Source: Bacillota bacterium
GTDB lineage: Bacteria; Bacillota; Clostridia; Acetivibrionales; JAFADI01
DNA length: 64,000 nucleotides
Reading direction: 5' to 3'
NCBI GenBank assembly: GCA_023424965.1
Contig: JAFADI010000100.1
Coordinates: 5,349 to 69,348 of the forward strand
Part shown: positions 17,430-26,274 of the stretch, one piece after another
Numbering within the stretch: the first letter of the stretch is position 1
Layout: every line of letters starts with the position of its first letter
The notes under the pieces: generated by a model
Databases searched by the model: none
Told to the model about the DNA's origin: nothing
What the model saw: the letters and a program-made list of their open reading frames with translations, nothing else
Program-made: the position numbers and the translations under genes

Positions 17430-20400
17430 TCAGGCAGGCTCTTCCTTATGCACCGCTTTTGCAGCTCTCCCCGGCAAACCCTTTATGTCGTCCAGAAGGG
17501 TATACATTACCGGAATGACCAAGAGGGTCAGAAGCGTCGATGTAATCAAGCCACCGATGATGGCGCAGGCCATTGGAACATAAAGCTCCGCCCCGTTTCC
17601 TACGGCGATTGCCGTAGGGAGCATGCCGAAAATCATGGCCAGAGTGGTCATGAGGATGGGTCTCAAGCGTACTCTGCCCGCGGAAAGCAGCGCCTCTCTG
17701 CGCGGGACCCTCCGGGCCCTCTGCTGCTTTGTAAAGTCAATCAGCAGGATGGCATTCTTTGTGACGAGGCCCATCAGCATGATGATCCCGATCATTGCCG
17801 CAACACTCAATTCACTGCGGGACAGGAACAGGCCGGCAATGGCCCCGATGACCGCCAATGGAAGCGAGAACATAATGGCCAGCGGGTCGATAAAGCTCTC
17901 AAATTGTGCGGCAAGAATCAGGAAGATAAAAAGGACTCCCATCAGGAGAGCAAGAAACATGCCGGTGAAGCCTTCCTGCATCATCTCCTGCATTCCTCCG
18001 GCACTTATACTTACACCCCTTGGCATTTCGACCTCGCTTTCCAGCCGGTCGGTGAAGAGCTTTCCGAATTCCCCCTGGGACATACCGATGACATTGGCGG
18101 AAACCTGAATTTCCCTTACCTTGTCAAACCTGTTTATGGTGGAAGAAGCCGTTGAAAACACCTTTTGGGTCACCTGCCCCAGAGGCACCAGAACCGGTCC
18201 CGCCGCCCCCACATTTGTGCTTGGAACATAAATCCCCTCAAAGCTGTCCAGATCCTGGCGCTGGTCATCCTTGATGGCCAGGCGGACATCGTAGCGGTCC
18301 TTCCCCGTCTCATACTGGCTTACCACAATTCCGTTGAAGAGGGTGCGCAGGGTATCTCCCACGGCCGCCGTACTCACTCCCAGGTCTGCGGAGATGTCGC
18401 GGTCAACATCCAGCCTCGTTTCAGGTTTTCCGCTCTTGTAGCTTATACCCACATCCACGGCACCGGGAATCCGGCTCATAACCTGCTTGGCCTGCAGCGC
18501 ATATTTCTGGAGCGCGGCAAAATCGTCTCCCTTGATGTGGTACTGAATCTCTTTCCCGTTCCCTGCAAAACCAGCGTTGATGTTTACCGCCAGTTCAATA
18601 CCGGGTATCTTCTGAAGGTCTTGACGGATGGCAGCGCCGATTTCTTTGACTCCCTGCTTCCGCTCCTCTTTCCCCGTCAGTTTTACAAAAAGGCTGACCT
18701 TGTCGTGCTTCACGGTGGTATAGACATACTTTACCTCGGGATATTTCTTCAGTTTTTCTTCCATGGCCTTTGAAGTCTTTCCCGCAGTTTCAAGGGCCAG
18801 CCCCGAATCGAGGCTGGCTTCGATATTCAGCTCTCCAAGGTCCTGGGCGGGAACGAAGCTGGTTCCCAGGTAAGGGAACAGGCCAAGGCTGGCAATAAAA
18901 ATGACAATCACCGTCATAAGGGTGACCAGGCGGTGTCTCAGTACGATTCCCAGCAGCCGGGTATACTGCTCTGCCAGCAAATCAAACAGATGGTTGAACC
19001 AGGCCAGGAACCTGCCCACAATCCACTTTTTCCTTTCTCCCTCATTCTTCTCAAACTTGGAAGTCAGCAGCGGAACCACCGTAAAGGAGACAAAGAGGGA
19101 TATCATCAGGCTGCACGCCACCGTCAGCCCAAACTGGACAAAGTACTTGCCCATGATACCTTTTACCATGGCAATGGGCAGGAAAACCGCCACAACGGCA
19201 AAGGTCGTGGCCATGACCGCCAGGCCGATTTCACTGGTCCCATCTTTTGCCGCCTGAAGGGGTGATTTGCCCATGTGCAGGTGGCGCACAATATTCTCGA
19301 TGACAACGATGGCGTCGTCGATCAGCAGTCCCACCGACAGGGCTAGACCCATGAGGGTAATGGTATTTAAAGAAAAGTTCATCAGCTTTATGAGGCTGAA
19401 GGTGGTTATGATGGAGGTGGGCAGCGTTATGGCGCTGATACCTGTACTTCCGAGTTTTCCAAGGAATAGGAATACGATGACCACCGCCAGTATGCAGCCC
19501 TCGATTAAAGTCTTGAGGGCGGTATCCACCGTATTCCTTATGGAAATGGAATTGTCACGGACAATGTCGATCATGACGCCTGACGGCAGAGAGGCCTGGA
19601 TCCGTGATATTTCCGCTTTTATATCATCGGCTACAGCCACCGTGTTGCCTCCGGACTGTTTGATGATGTCAATTCCGATGGATTCCTTTCCCTTAAAGTA
19701 GGACAGGCTCTCTTTTTCCTTTGTGCTGTCCACCACTTCCGCAATGTCTCTCACATGGATTTCCGAGCCGTTTCTTTTTCCTACCAGGATGTTGTAGAAA
19801 TCCTCTACTTTTTTTACACTGCCGTTGGTCCGGAGGGAAATTTCCCTGTCCCCGTTTGTCAGCTTCCCGCTGGGGATGTCCAGATTGTCCGTTTTGAAGC
19901 TGCCTACCACTTCCGAAACCGTAAGCCCATAGGAAGCCATTTTTTCCTTATCCAGCTTTATCTGGATCTCACGCACCTGGTTCCCATATACGTTCACGGC
20001 GCCTACACCCTTCACCGTATTCAATTTCTTTACGACGGTATCTTCCACCAACTGCGACAGTTCCCGGTTGTCCATGGGGCCGGTGACTGCCAGCGACAGA
20101 ATGGGCAGTGCATTGGTATCGAATTTGGAAATGATGGGCTCCTCTATTTCCTGCGGCAGGCTGCCCCGGATGGATCCCAATTTGTTGCGGACCTCCTGGA
20201 CCGCCACATCCGGTGACTTCTCCAGGTCAAATTCGATCAAGGTGGTTGAAAGGCTTTCCCCGATGGTGGTCGTAATATGTTTGACCCCCGAAATCTGTCC
20301 CAGGGCATCTTCAACCTGCCGGGTCACCTTTGATTCCATCTGGTCCGGAGAAGCTCCCGGCAGTATGATTGCAGCGGCAACATACGGTATGTCCACATCC

Positions 20401-20513
20401 GGCATGTCGTTGATGGGCAGCGCGGTATAGCTGACAATGCCCACTGCAACAAGCGCAATGATGATTACCGTGGCGAACACCGGTCTCTTTAAGCTTATAT
20501 CCGTCAGTTTCAT
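17430..20513 (-). CDS. RND-family multidrug efflux pump, inner-membrane component (AcrB/HAE1-like)
   Basis: 1027 aa with 12-TM AcrB architecture. Typical N-terminus MKLTDISLKRPVFATV and paired large extracytoplasmic loops. Confidence 0.92.
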   Translation of the reverse strand: MKLTDISLKRPVFATVIIIALVAVGIVSYTALPINDMPDVDIPYVAAAIILPGASPDQMESKVTRQVEDALGQISGVKHITTTIGESLSTTLIEFDLEKSPDVAVQEVRNKLGSIRGSLPQEIEEPIISKFDTNALPILSLAVTGPMDNRELSQLVEDTVVKKLNTVKGVGAVNVYGNQVREIQIKLDKEKMASYGLTVSEVVGSFKTDNLDIPSGKLTNGDREISLRTNGSVKKVEDFYNILVGKRNGSEIHVRDIAEVVDSTKEKESLSYFKGKESIGIDIIKQSGGNTVAVADDIKAEISRIQASLPSGVMIDIVRDNSISIRNTVDTALKTLIEGCILAVVIVFLFLGKLGSTGISAITLPTSIITTFSLIKLMNFSLNTITLMGLALSVGLLIDDAIVVIENIVRHLHMGKSPLQAAKDGTSEIGLAVMATTFAVVAVFLPIAMVKGIMGKYFVQFGLTVACSLMISLFVSFTVVPLLTSKFEKNEGERKKWIVGRFLAWFNHLFDLLAEQYTRLLGIVLRHRLVTLMTVIVIFIASLGLFPYLGTSFVPAQDLGELNIEASLDSGLALETAGKTSKAMEEKLKKYPEVKYVYTTVKHDKVSLFVKLTGKEERKQGVKEIGAAIRQDLQKIPGIELAVNINAGFAGNGKEIQYHIKGDDFAALQKYALQAKQVMSRIPGAVDVGISYKSGKPETRLDVDRDISADLGVSTAAVGDTLRTLFNGIVVSQYETGKDRYDVRLAIKDDQRQDLDSFEGIYVPSTNVGAAGPVLVPLGQVTQKVFSTASSTINRFDKVREIQVSANVIGMSQGEFGKLFTDRLESEVEMPRGVSISAGGMQEMMQEGFTGMFLALLMGVLFIFLILAAQFESFIDPLAIMFSLPLAVIGAIAGLFLSRSELSVAAMIGIIMLMGLVTKNAILLIDFTKQQRARRVPRREALLSAGRVRLRPILMTTLAMIFGMLPTAIAVGNGAELYVPMACAIIGGLITSTLLTLLVIPVMYTLLDDIKGLPGRAAKAVHKEEPA

Positions 20514-20518
20514 TGTCC

Positions 20519-21658
20519 CTATTCCCCCTGTCCCGCTATGCTTATTAAATCCCCGTCCTGCAGGCTGTTAAGGTTGGTTACAATGATCCCCTCCCCTTTA
20601 ATGATGCCGGATTTCACCTCAGCCAGGTCCTTTGAAATTTCTCCAATGGATACGCTCCGTTTGCGTGCCGTACCGTCTTCCACCACAAATACGCTGTAAT
20701 CCCCTTCTCCCCCCAGGAGCGCTTCCACGGGGATTACAACGGCTTCCCTTTTCTGTCCGCTGCTTATTTCCACCCTGGCAAAAGCGCCGGGGCGCAGGGC
20801 CAGGTCTTTATTGTCCACCAGCACTTCACAGTTGACAACCCTGGATGCGGGGTTTGCCGATACTCCAATGCTTTTCACAACTCCTTCGTATGTTCCGGAG
20901 TCGCCGTCGGAAAGCTTTACAAGGGCTTTCTGCCCTGTTTTTATGTAGTTTACCTCATTCTGCTCCACCTGGATAACCGCATGGATGGAGGATATGTTCT
21001 TCACCTTCGCCAGAACCATCCCGGGGGAAACAAACTGTCCAAGGCTTACGCCTTTGTCGTCCACCGTGCCGGCGATGGGAGCCCGGACCACCGTGTTGTC
21101 CAGGTTGTCCTTCAGGATTCCTATATTGATCTTCGCGGATTCCATATCGGCCCTGGCTACTTTTAAAGCCGTATCGGCATTTTCCAGATTTACCTGGGTG
21201 GCGCCTCCCTGCTCAAACAGGACCTTGGTTCTGTCATAGCTGCGCTGCGAGGCTTCGAGGTTTGCCTGAAGCTTGGGAAGGTTGGCTTCTGCCGCTTTCA
21301 GCTGATTGCTGATGTCCTGGCTGTCCAGTAAAATCAGGGAATCATCCTTTCCAACGCTTTTGCCGTTTTCAAATAAAATCCCCACCACCTTTCCTCCCAG
21401 CTTGGTGCTGACAATGCCTTCGGAGGAGGGCTCCAACGTGGCCTTGAAGGTCATGCCGGAGGTCTTTTCCACGGTTTTTGCCTCCTGGACCCTCACCATG
21501 GTTTTTACGGCTTCCGGTGCATTTGCCTGCACTTCCCTGTTCAGCCCCGGAAAAGAGCTTTTGTTTGTATAAAACACGGCCCCTGCAACCAGAACAGCAA
21601 TGATTACCCCATAAATGATTATTTTTTTCGTCCTGTTCATCCTAAATCTCCTTTTCAT
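20519..21658 (-). CDS. RND efflux membrane-fusion (periplasmic adaptor) protein
   Basis: 379 aa. N-terminal TM anchor, coiled-coil, then HlyD/barrel-sandwich region (RAPIAGTV). Confidence 0.88.
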   Translation of the reverse strand: MKRRFRMNRTKKIIIYGVIIAVLVAGAVFYTNKSSFPGLNREVQANAPEAVKTMVRVQEAKTVEKTSGMTFKATLEPSSEGIVSTKLGGKVVGILFENGKSVGKDDSLILLDSQDISNQLKAAEANLPKLQANLEASQRSYDRTKVLFEQGGATQVNLENADTALKVARADMESAKINIGILKDNLDNTVVRAPIAGTVDDKGVSLGQFVSPGMVLAKVKNISSIHAVIQVEQNEVNYIKTGQKALVKLSDGDSGTYEGVVKSIGVSANPASRVVNCEVLVDNKDLALRPGAFARVEISSGQKREAVVIPVEALLGGEGDYSVFVVEDGTARKRSVSIGEISKDLAEVKSGIIKGEGIIVTNLNSLQDGDLISIAGQGE

Positions 21659-21707
21659 TCACTCCGGAAGTATAAACGAACTCCCGTTCACTATTGGCGC
21701 AAAAAAA

Positions 21708-22295
21708 TTAGATAAACCGTTTGTCTATATCATTAAAGTATATGATGATCAACTGCCGGATAAGATTCTTAATTTTGTTTTCATCATCATATTGCTTTAG
21801 AATAATAAATAGTCCTTCCATAAACGTGGAAGCCATTACGTAGAAAATAAAATCGTCCTTGATCTGAACCCGATTGGCCTCCAGTGCCGGCAAAAGCATT
21901 TCCTCTATGCTCTTTTTCACATACAGGACGAAGTATTCCTTTGTGCCGGCATATTTTGTACCGCTGCTTTTATCCACCAGGATCATCAACTGGAGCTTGT
22001 ATTCCTTCAATACCTCCATTACTTTTTCAACAATGCTTTCGAGGTACTCAGCGGTCTTTTTTGCTTCGCAGCTTTTTAATTCCCCCATTACCAGCGTTAT
22101 TTCCCTGTATGCAGGGTCCAGCACCTCATTGAACAGCTGGTCCTTGCTCTCAAAATACCGGTACAGGTTTCCCAGGGCCACCCCCGAATTTTTTGCGATC
22201 TGGCGCATGGAGGCTTCATGGAATCCCTTTTCTCCGAATTCTTTCAGGGCGGCGGAAACAATTCTGTTTTTTACCTCATCTTTAAGGTATTGCAT
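21708..22295 (-). CDS. TetR/AcrR family transcriptional regulator
   Basis: N-terminal HTH (AALKEFGEKGFHEASMRQIAKNSGVALGNLYRYF). The ATG at 22295 has GGAGG 7 nt upstream. Confidence 0.9.
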   Translation of the reverse strand: MQYLKDEVKNRIVSAALKEFGEKGFHEASMRQIAKNSGVALGNLYRYFESKDQLFNEVLDPAYREITLVMGELKSCEAKKTAEYLESIVEKVMEVLKEYKLQLMILVDKSSGTKYAGTKEYFVLYVKKSIEEMLLPALEANRVQIKDDFIFYVMASTFMEGLFIILKQYDDENKIKNLIRQLIIIYFNDIDKRFI

Positions 22296-22385
22296 AAATG
22301 AACCTCCGTTCACCAATACATAAATTCTAACTCTAAAATGGAAATTTGTAAATACGAAAATGGAGAGAAAGAATTTTAACCGTAC

Positions 22386-23141
22386 CTACAGGAACAGTCT
22401 TATGGCGGCGATTGCCGTCATGGTGACGATTGCGATCCGGAAGTGATCCTCCTTCAGCTTCCTGATGAGGACAGCGCCCAGCAGAGCTCCCGCTGTAATT
22501 GCAGGTATCATGGCTCCTGCCGCCGCTACGGTCTTCAAAGTAATGTTGTGCCACCAGAAAATCTGCAGGGGTAATTTGGTCAAATTGATGATCAGGAAAA
22601 ACCAGGCGGTGGTCCCCATAAAATCATTCTTTTTGAAGCCCTTTGCCAGCAGGTAGATGCTGAAGATGGGTCCGGCGGCATTGCCGATCATGGAGGTAAA
22701 GCCGCAGAGGATTCCCGACAGGGCGTAAAGCCAGGCCTTCTCCGGAATCTTCAGGCTTTCTCCTTTGATCTCGGTGTAGATCAGAGCAATCAGACAAATT
22801 AAAACCGAAGCGGCGATAAGCGCTTTGAACTGCCTGTCATTTATCAAATTCCCTACGGCGGTACCCAGCAGCAGGCCCCCAAGGGTCCAGGGCAGAAGTC
22901 TTCTGATGTTGCCCCATTCCGCATGCCTGTTGTAATACCATATGGCAAAAACGTCCCCGATTAAAAGCATGGGCAGCATGATTCCGGTGGAGTCCTTCCC
23001 TCCGAACACTCCGGCAACAATGGGAATAACAAGCATCATCAGTCCGCTGATTCCTGTCTTTGAAAAGCCTGTCAAAAATGCTGCCGCAATCATCCAAATC
23101 CATTGCTCCGTCGATAAGCCGAAAAAGTGGACCCATTCCAT
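22386..23141 (-). CDS. TauE/SafE (TSUP) family anion exporter
   Basis: Polytopic membrane protein with GFSKTGISG and GNAAGPIF motifs. The ATG at 23141 follows AGGAG. Confidence 0.8.
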   Translation of the reverse strand: MEWVHFFGLSTEQWIWMIAAAFLTGFSKTGISGLMMLVIPIVAGVFGGKDSTGIMLPMLLIGDVFAIWYYNRHAEWGNIRRLLPWTLGGLLLGTAVGNLINDRQFKALIAASVLICLIALIYTEIKGESLKIPEKAWLYALSGILCGFTSMIGNAAGPIFSIYLLAKGFKKNDFMGTTAWFFLIINLTKLPLQIFWWHNITLKTVAAAGAMIPAITAGALLGAVLIRKLKEDHFRIAIVTMTAIAAIRLFL

Positions 23142-23266
23142 AATCCCTGACTCCTGTCCAATAAATATGTGCTTTGCCACTTATACCAAAAACACGAAAG
23201 GGTTTATGGTATAATGGCGCAAGTGCATTTCGGCATAGCCGAAAATCTTGCACACGCATAAATTCT

Positions 23267-23324
23267 ATAATAACCGCGTCAATCAATTCAGCGGTTATTA
23301 TATCATATGGAATGTCCCTTCCAA
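23267..23324 (-). promoter_or_regulatory. sigma-A type promoter (TTGGAA-16-TATAAT) overlapped by a perfect 11-bp inverted repeat
   Basis: On the minus strand, -35 is at 23319-23324 and -10 at 23297-23302. The IR ATAATAACCGC-N13-GCGGTTATTAT (23267-23277 / 23291-23301) covers the -10. Confidence 0.5.
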
Positions 23325-23382
23325 AATTCAAATCTGCCGGATTCCGGCCCGTTTCCCCTCGCTGTCCCCACATAGCTTGTCT

Positions 23383-23703
23383 TTAATGCCTTTTATTCCT
23401 GCAGGCTTCCAGCCGGTTCACAATGCTGAAAATGCACTTGTCCGGCAGCGGCACCCCGCCTTCTGAAACAAACCTGGTGATGTGGTACAGGTTTTTGTAC
23501 TGAAGGAAGTAAGGCCTCGTCGGTTCCTCCCGGCTTTCCGGGATGGTATTCTCCTTCTCCTGCCCGGGCCTTTTCTCCTTAATGGATTGGAGTATAAGGA
23601 AATCCAGTTGCATGCTGACTTCGAGGATTTCCTCGTCGCTGTATTCTCCCGATTCGATCATGTGGTTCAGCCTCTCACGCAATTGCTCCATTCTTTCTTT
23701 CAT
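23383..23703 (-). CDS. Spo0E-family sporulation regulatory (aspartyl-phosphate phosphatase-like) protein
   Basis: MEQLRERLNHMIESG...EILEVSMQLDFLI fits the Spo0E signature (S-x-x-LD-x-LI). It carries about 60 aa of extra C-terminal sequence. Confidence 0.6.
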   Translation of the reverse strand: MKERMEQLRERLNHMIESGEYSDEEILEVSMQLDFLILQSIKEKRPGQEKENTIPESREEPTRPYFLQYKNLYHITRFVSEGGVPLPDKCIFSIVNRLEACRNKRH

Positions 23704-23950
23704 AAAGACACCCCGCCCCTGTAATAGAGTCACAAAACATCCAAAATAGCTTTGATTCAACATTTCCACATAGCGACTTCAAATAGCGACAAATTTCTCT
23801 GTTGATAAAACATACCTGGCAGTACTGCATTACTATAGAAGGAAATCGGGAGAATAAGTGATGTGTCACAGATTTACAAAATCAACCATTATATATATTT
23901 TTTTACCACAATTCTACATTAATAAACACAAGATCATAGAATTTTGCGCG

Positions 23951-23993
23951 AAAAAAAGCAGCATCACACAGCAATGAGGTGCAATACTGCTTT
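23951..23993 (-). terminator. probable zupT terminator
   Basis: Minus strand reads AAAGCAG...CTGCTTT followed by a T7 run. The large loop makes it non-canonical. Confidence 0.45.
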
Positions 23994-24025
23994 CCGGGGG
24001 CTTATAGAATGAAGCTTTGCCTTCT

Positions 24026-24838
24026 TTAGATAAATAACAGGAGGCTCACCGCCATGACCATCATGCCGGCGATGGTACCGTAAATCGAAAGGTGGGCTTC
24101 TCCATACTCCCTTGCGGTGGGCAAAAGCTCATCGAGAGAAATGAAGACCATGATTCCCGCCACAGCGGCAAACAGGACTCCAAAAACCACATCATTAAAA
24201 AACCTGAACAGGATCAGATAACCGATGATGGCTCCCACCGGTTCCGATAAACCGGAGAGGAAGGAAAGCTTAAATGCCTTTTTCTTATCTCCCGTCGCGT
24301 AGAACACAGGGATGGAAACGGCAATGCCTTCCGGGATATTATGGATGGCGATGGCCACCGCGATGGCGATCCCCAGGGAAGGGTCCTTGATTGCAGAGGT
24401 AAATGTGGCAAGACCCTCGGGAAAATTGTGGATGGCAATGGCAAGAGCGGTAAACATCCCCATTCGCATCAGCTTGCTGCGGTCCACTCCGCCGCCCGCC
24501 TGGTCCATCTCTTCCACCTTGCGGAACTCGTGAGGATTCTCTGCCGAAGGGACAAACTTATCGATGGCGGCAATCAAAAACATGCCTCCGAAGAAGGCTG
24601 CCACCGTTGCCCAGGACCCGCCTGCCATTCCCAGAACCGCCACCAGGGAATCCTTGGCTTTGAAAAAGATCTCTACCATTGAAACATAAATCATAACTCC
24701 CGCCGAAAAGCCAAGTGCGATTGAGAGAAACTTTGTATTGGTCCTTTTCGTAAAAAATGCAAGAGCGCTTCCGATGCCTGTGGACAATCCTGCGAACAGC
24801 GTCAAGCCGAATGCCAGCAATAAATTGTTCAACTCCAT
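24026..24838 (-). CDS. zupT: ZIP-family zinc transporter ZupT
   Basis: 270 aa. HNFPEGLA and HNIPEGIAV metal-binding motifs in TM4/TM5. Confidence 0.9.
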   Translation of the reverse strand: MELNNLLLAFGLTLFAGLSTGIGSALAFFTKRTNTKFLSIALGFSAGVMIYVSMVEIFFKAKDSLVAVLGMAGGSWATVAAFFGGMFLIAAIDKFVPSAENPHEFRKVEEMDQAGGGVDRSKLMRMGMFTALAIAIHNFPEGLATFTSAIKDPSLGIAIAVAIAIHNIPEGIAVSIPVFYATGDKKKAFKLSFLSGLSEPVGAIIGYLILFRFFNDVVFGVLFAAVAGIMVFISLDELLPTAREYGEAHLSIYGTIAGMMVMAVSLLLFI

Positions 24839-24882
24839 TAAGTCAGTACCCCCTTCAGTATTTTCGCAGATTATTTACCACC

Positions 24883-24898
24883 TATATATTAATATATA
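24883..24898. promoter_or_regulatory. perfect 16-bp palindrome TATATATTAATATATA upstream of zupT (candidate metalloregulator operator)
   Basis: Read directly, 45 nt upstream of the zupT ATG. AT-rich, so it could simply be promoter DNA. Confidence 0.3.
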
Positions 24899-24933
24899 TC
24901 ACATTTAGACTTCAAGATGAATCGTAAACGGCA

Positions 24934-26274
24934 TTACTTTTCCTCTTTTCCTTTTATAAATTCCTGAATTTTTTTGGCCGCATCCTCAAAGGCAGCTTCA
25001 GGGTATGCATTCCCCGCCAGTATCCGGGATATGGCTTCGGATTCCACCTCCGACAGGCCCGGGTAAAAGGTAATGCTGGGCTCTGTCCTGCCAATATACA
25101 GGGAGCGGATGAGCAAATCAAATTCCGGATGGTCTCTCTGCATGAGGGGGTCCAGCAGAACGGATAATCTGGGAGGCGTCCCTCCGGCTTTTACATAGGC
25201 CTCCTTTCCAATCTCACTCATGAACCAGGAGAGAAATTTCCAGGCCTTCTTTTTGTGCAGGGAATTGGCATTGATTCCAAAGGTCCAGCTGTATCTCAGG
25301 GGAGTCCTGTAAATTTCCCCGTCTTTTTTCCTTACCCCCGGTATTAATGCCAATTTGATTTCGTCTTTATACCTTCCGCTGCTGTTCTTTATTTCGTAAT
25401 AGGCGGTATTCCACAGCGGCGCAGCCATGGCCGTGGTACCGTCCGCAAGGTTGGCCAGCACATCCTCGTCGCTCCATGAAAAGGTTTCAGGGCTTATAAC
25501 CCCGCTTTGTTTCAGCTTGTGGATGAACTCTCCCGCGTTGATTGAATTCCGGTTGTTGATATAAATATTGTTGTTTTCATCCACCACATCCCCGTCAAAG
25601 GACCACAGAATACTGTTGAACTCCTTTGGAAGCTCCTCTACCGCACCGGAAAAGGAAGCTCCCCATTCTGTGGGCGACAGCGGGTTTATGGCCTTTGTAT
25701 ATTCTTTGGCTTTTTCAAGGTATTCCTCCCAGGTGCCGGGAGGATTCTCGATCAGGTCACCCCGATAATACAGGAAATGGGTGATGATGTCGGTAGGAAT
25801 CAGGTAAATATCCCCTTTGTAGCCGAAAAGCGAAAAAAAGTCCTCACTGCTTATCTTGTCGCTGTAGATGTATTCACCCAGGGATTCAAGGGCTCCGGCT
25901 TCCGCCAGCATTCCCACATAGGTGTTGGGAATCAGCGCAATGTCTATTTCGCTGCTGCCTGCCAGCAGTTGGGTGGACATGGTGGTAAAGTAACTGTCAC
26001 GGGAGATCTCTTTGATTTCAATGATCCCTCCCGTGGTCTCCTCATAGGTTGCGATGAGCTTTTTCAAAACGTCTTCTTCCAGCCCTGCCCTGCTCATGAG
26101 GACAATTTTCTCCATTGGTTCCGAAGGGTCCGCTCTTTTCTCTTCTCCGGCCTCCGGAGCTTTTTCATCCATACAGCCGTAGGAAGCCAGGAGTAGCAGT
26201 GCAATCCACAGCGTCAGGACATATTTGAAAATACATTTTTTACTCGTACATATCCCCCCTGTCCACACCCGCAA
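24934..26274 (-). CDS. extracellular solute-binding lipoprotein (ABC SBP family 1), no cognate permease adjacent
   Basis: Lipobox LLLASYGC, then a sugar-SBP-like body. There is no in-frame ATG near the signal peptide. The longest ORF starts at TTG 26274 and overlaps the response regulator by 35 nt, so the start is uncertain. Confidence 0.8.
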   Translation of the reverse strand: MRVWTGGICTSKKCIFKYVLTLWIALLLLASYGCMDEKAPEAGEEKRADPSEPMEKIVLMSRAGLEEDVLKKLIATYEETTGGIIEIKEISRDSYFTTMSTQLLAGSSEIDIALIPNTYVGMLAEAGALESLGEYIYSDKISSEDFFSLFGYKGDIYLIPTDIITHFLYYRGDLIENPPGTWEEYLEKAKEYTKAINPLSPTEWGASFSGAVEELPKEFNSILWSFDGDVVDENNNIYINNRNSINAGEFIHKLKQSGVISPETFSWSDEDVLANLADGTTAMAAPLWNTAYYEIKNSSGRYKDEIKLALIPGVRKKDGEIYRTPLRYSWTFGINANSLHKKKAWKFLSWFMSEIGKEAYVKAGGTPPRLSVLLDPLMQRDHPEFDLLIRSLYIGRTEPSITFYPGLSEVESEAISRILAGNAYPEAAFEDAAKKIQEFIKGKEEK

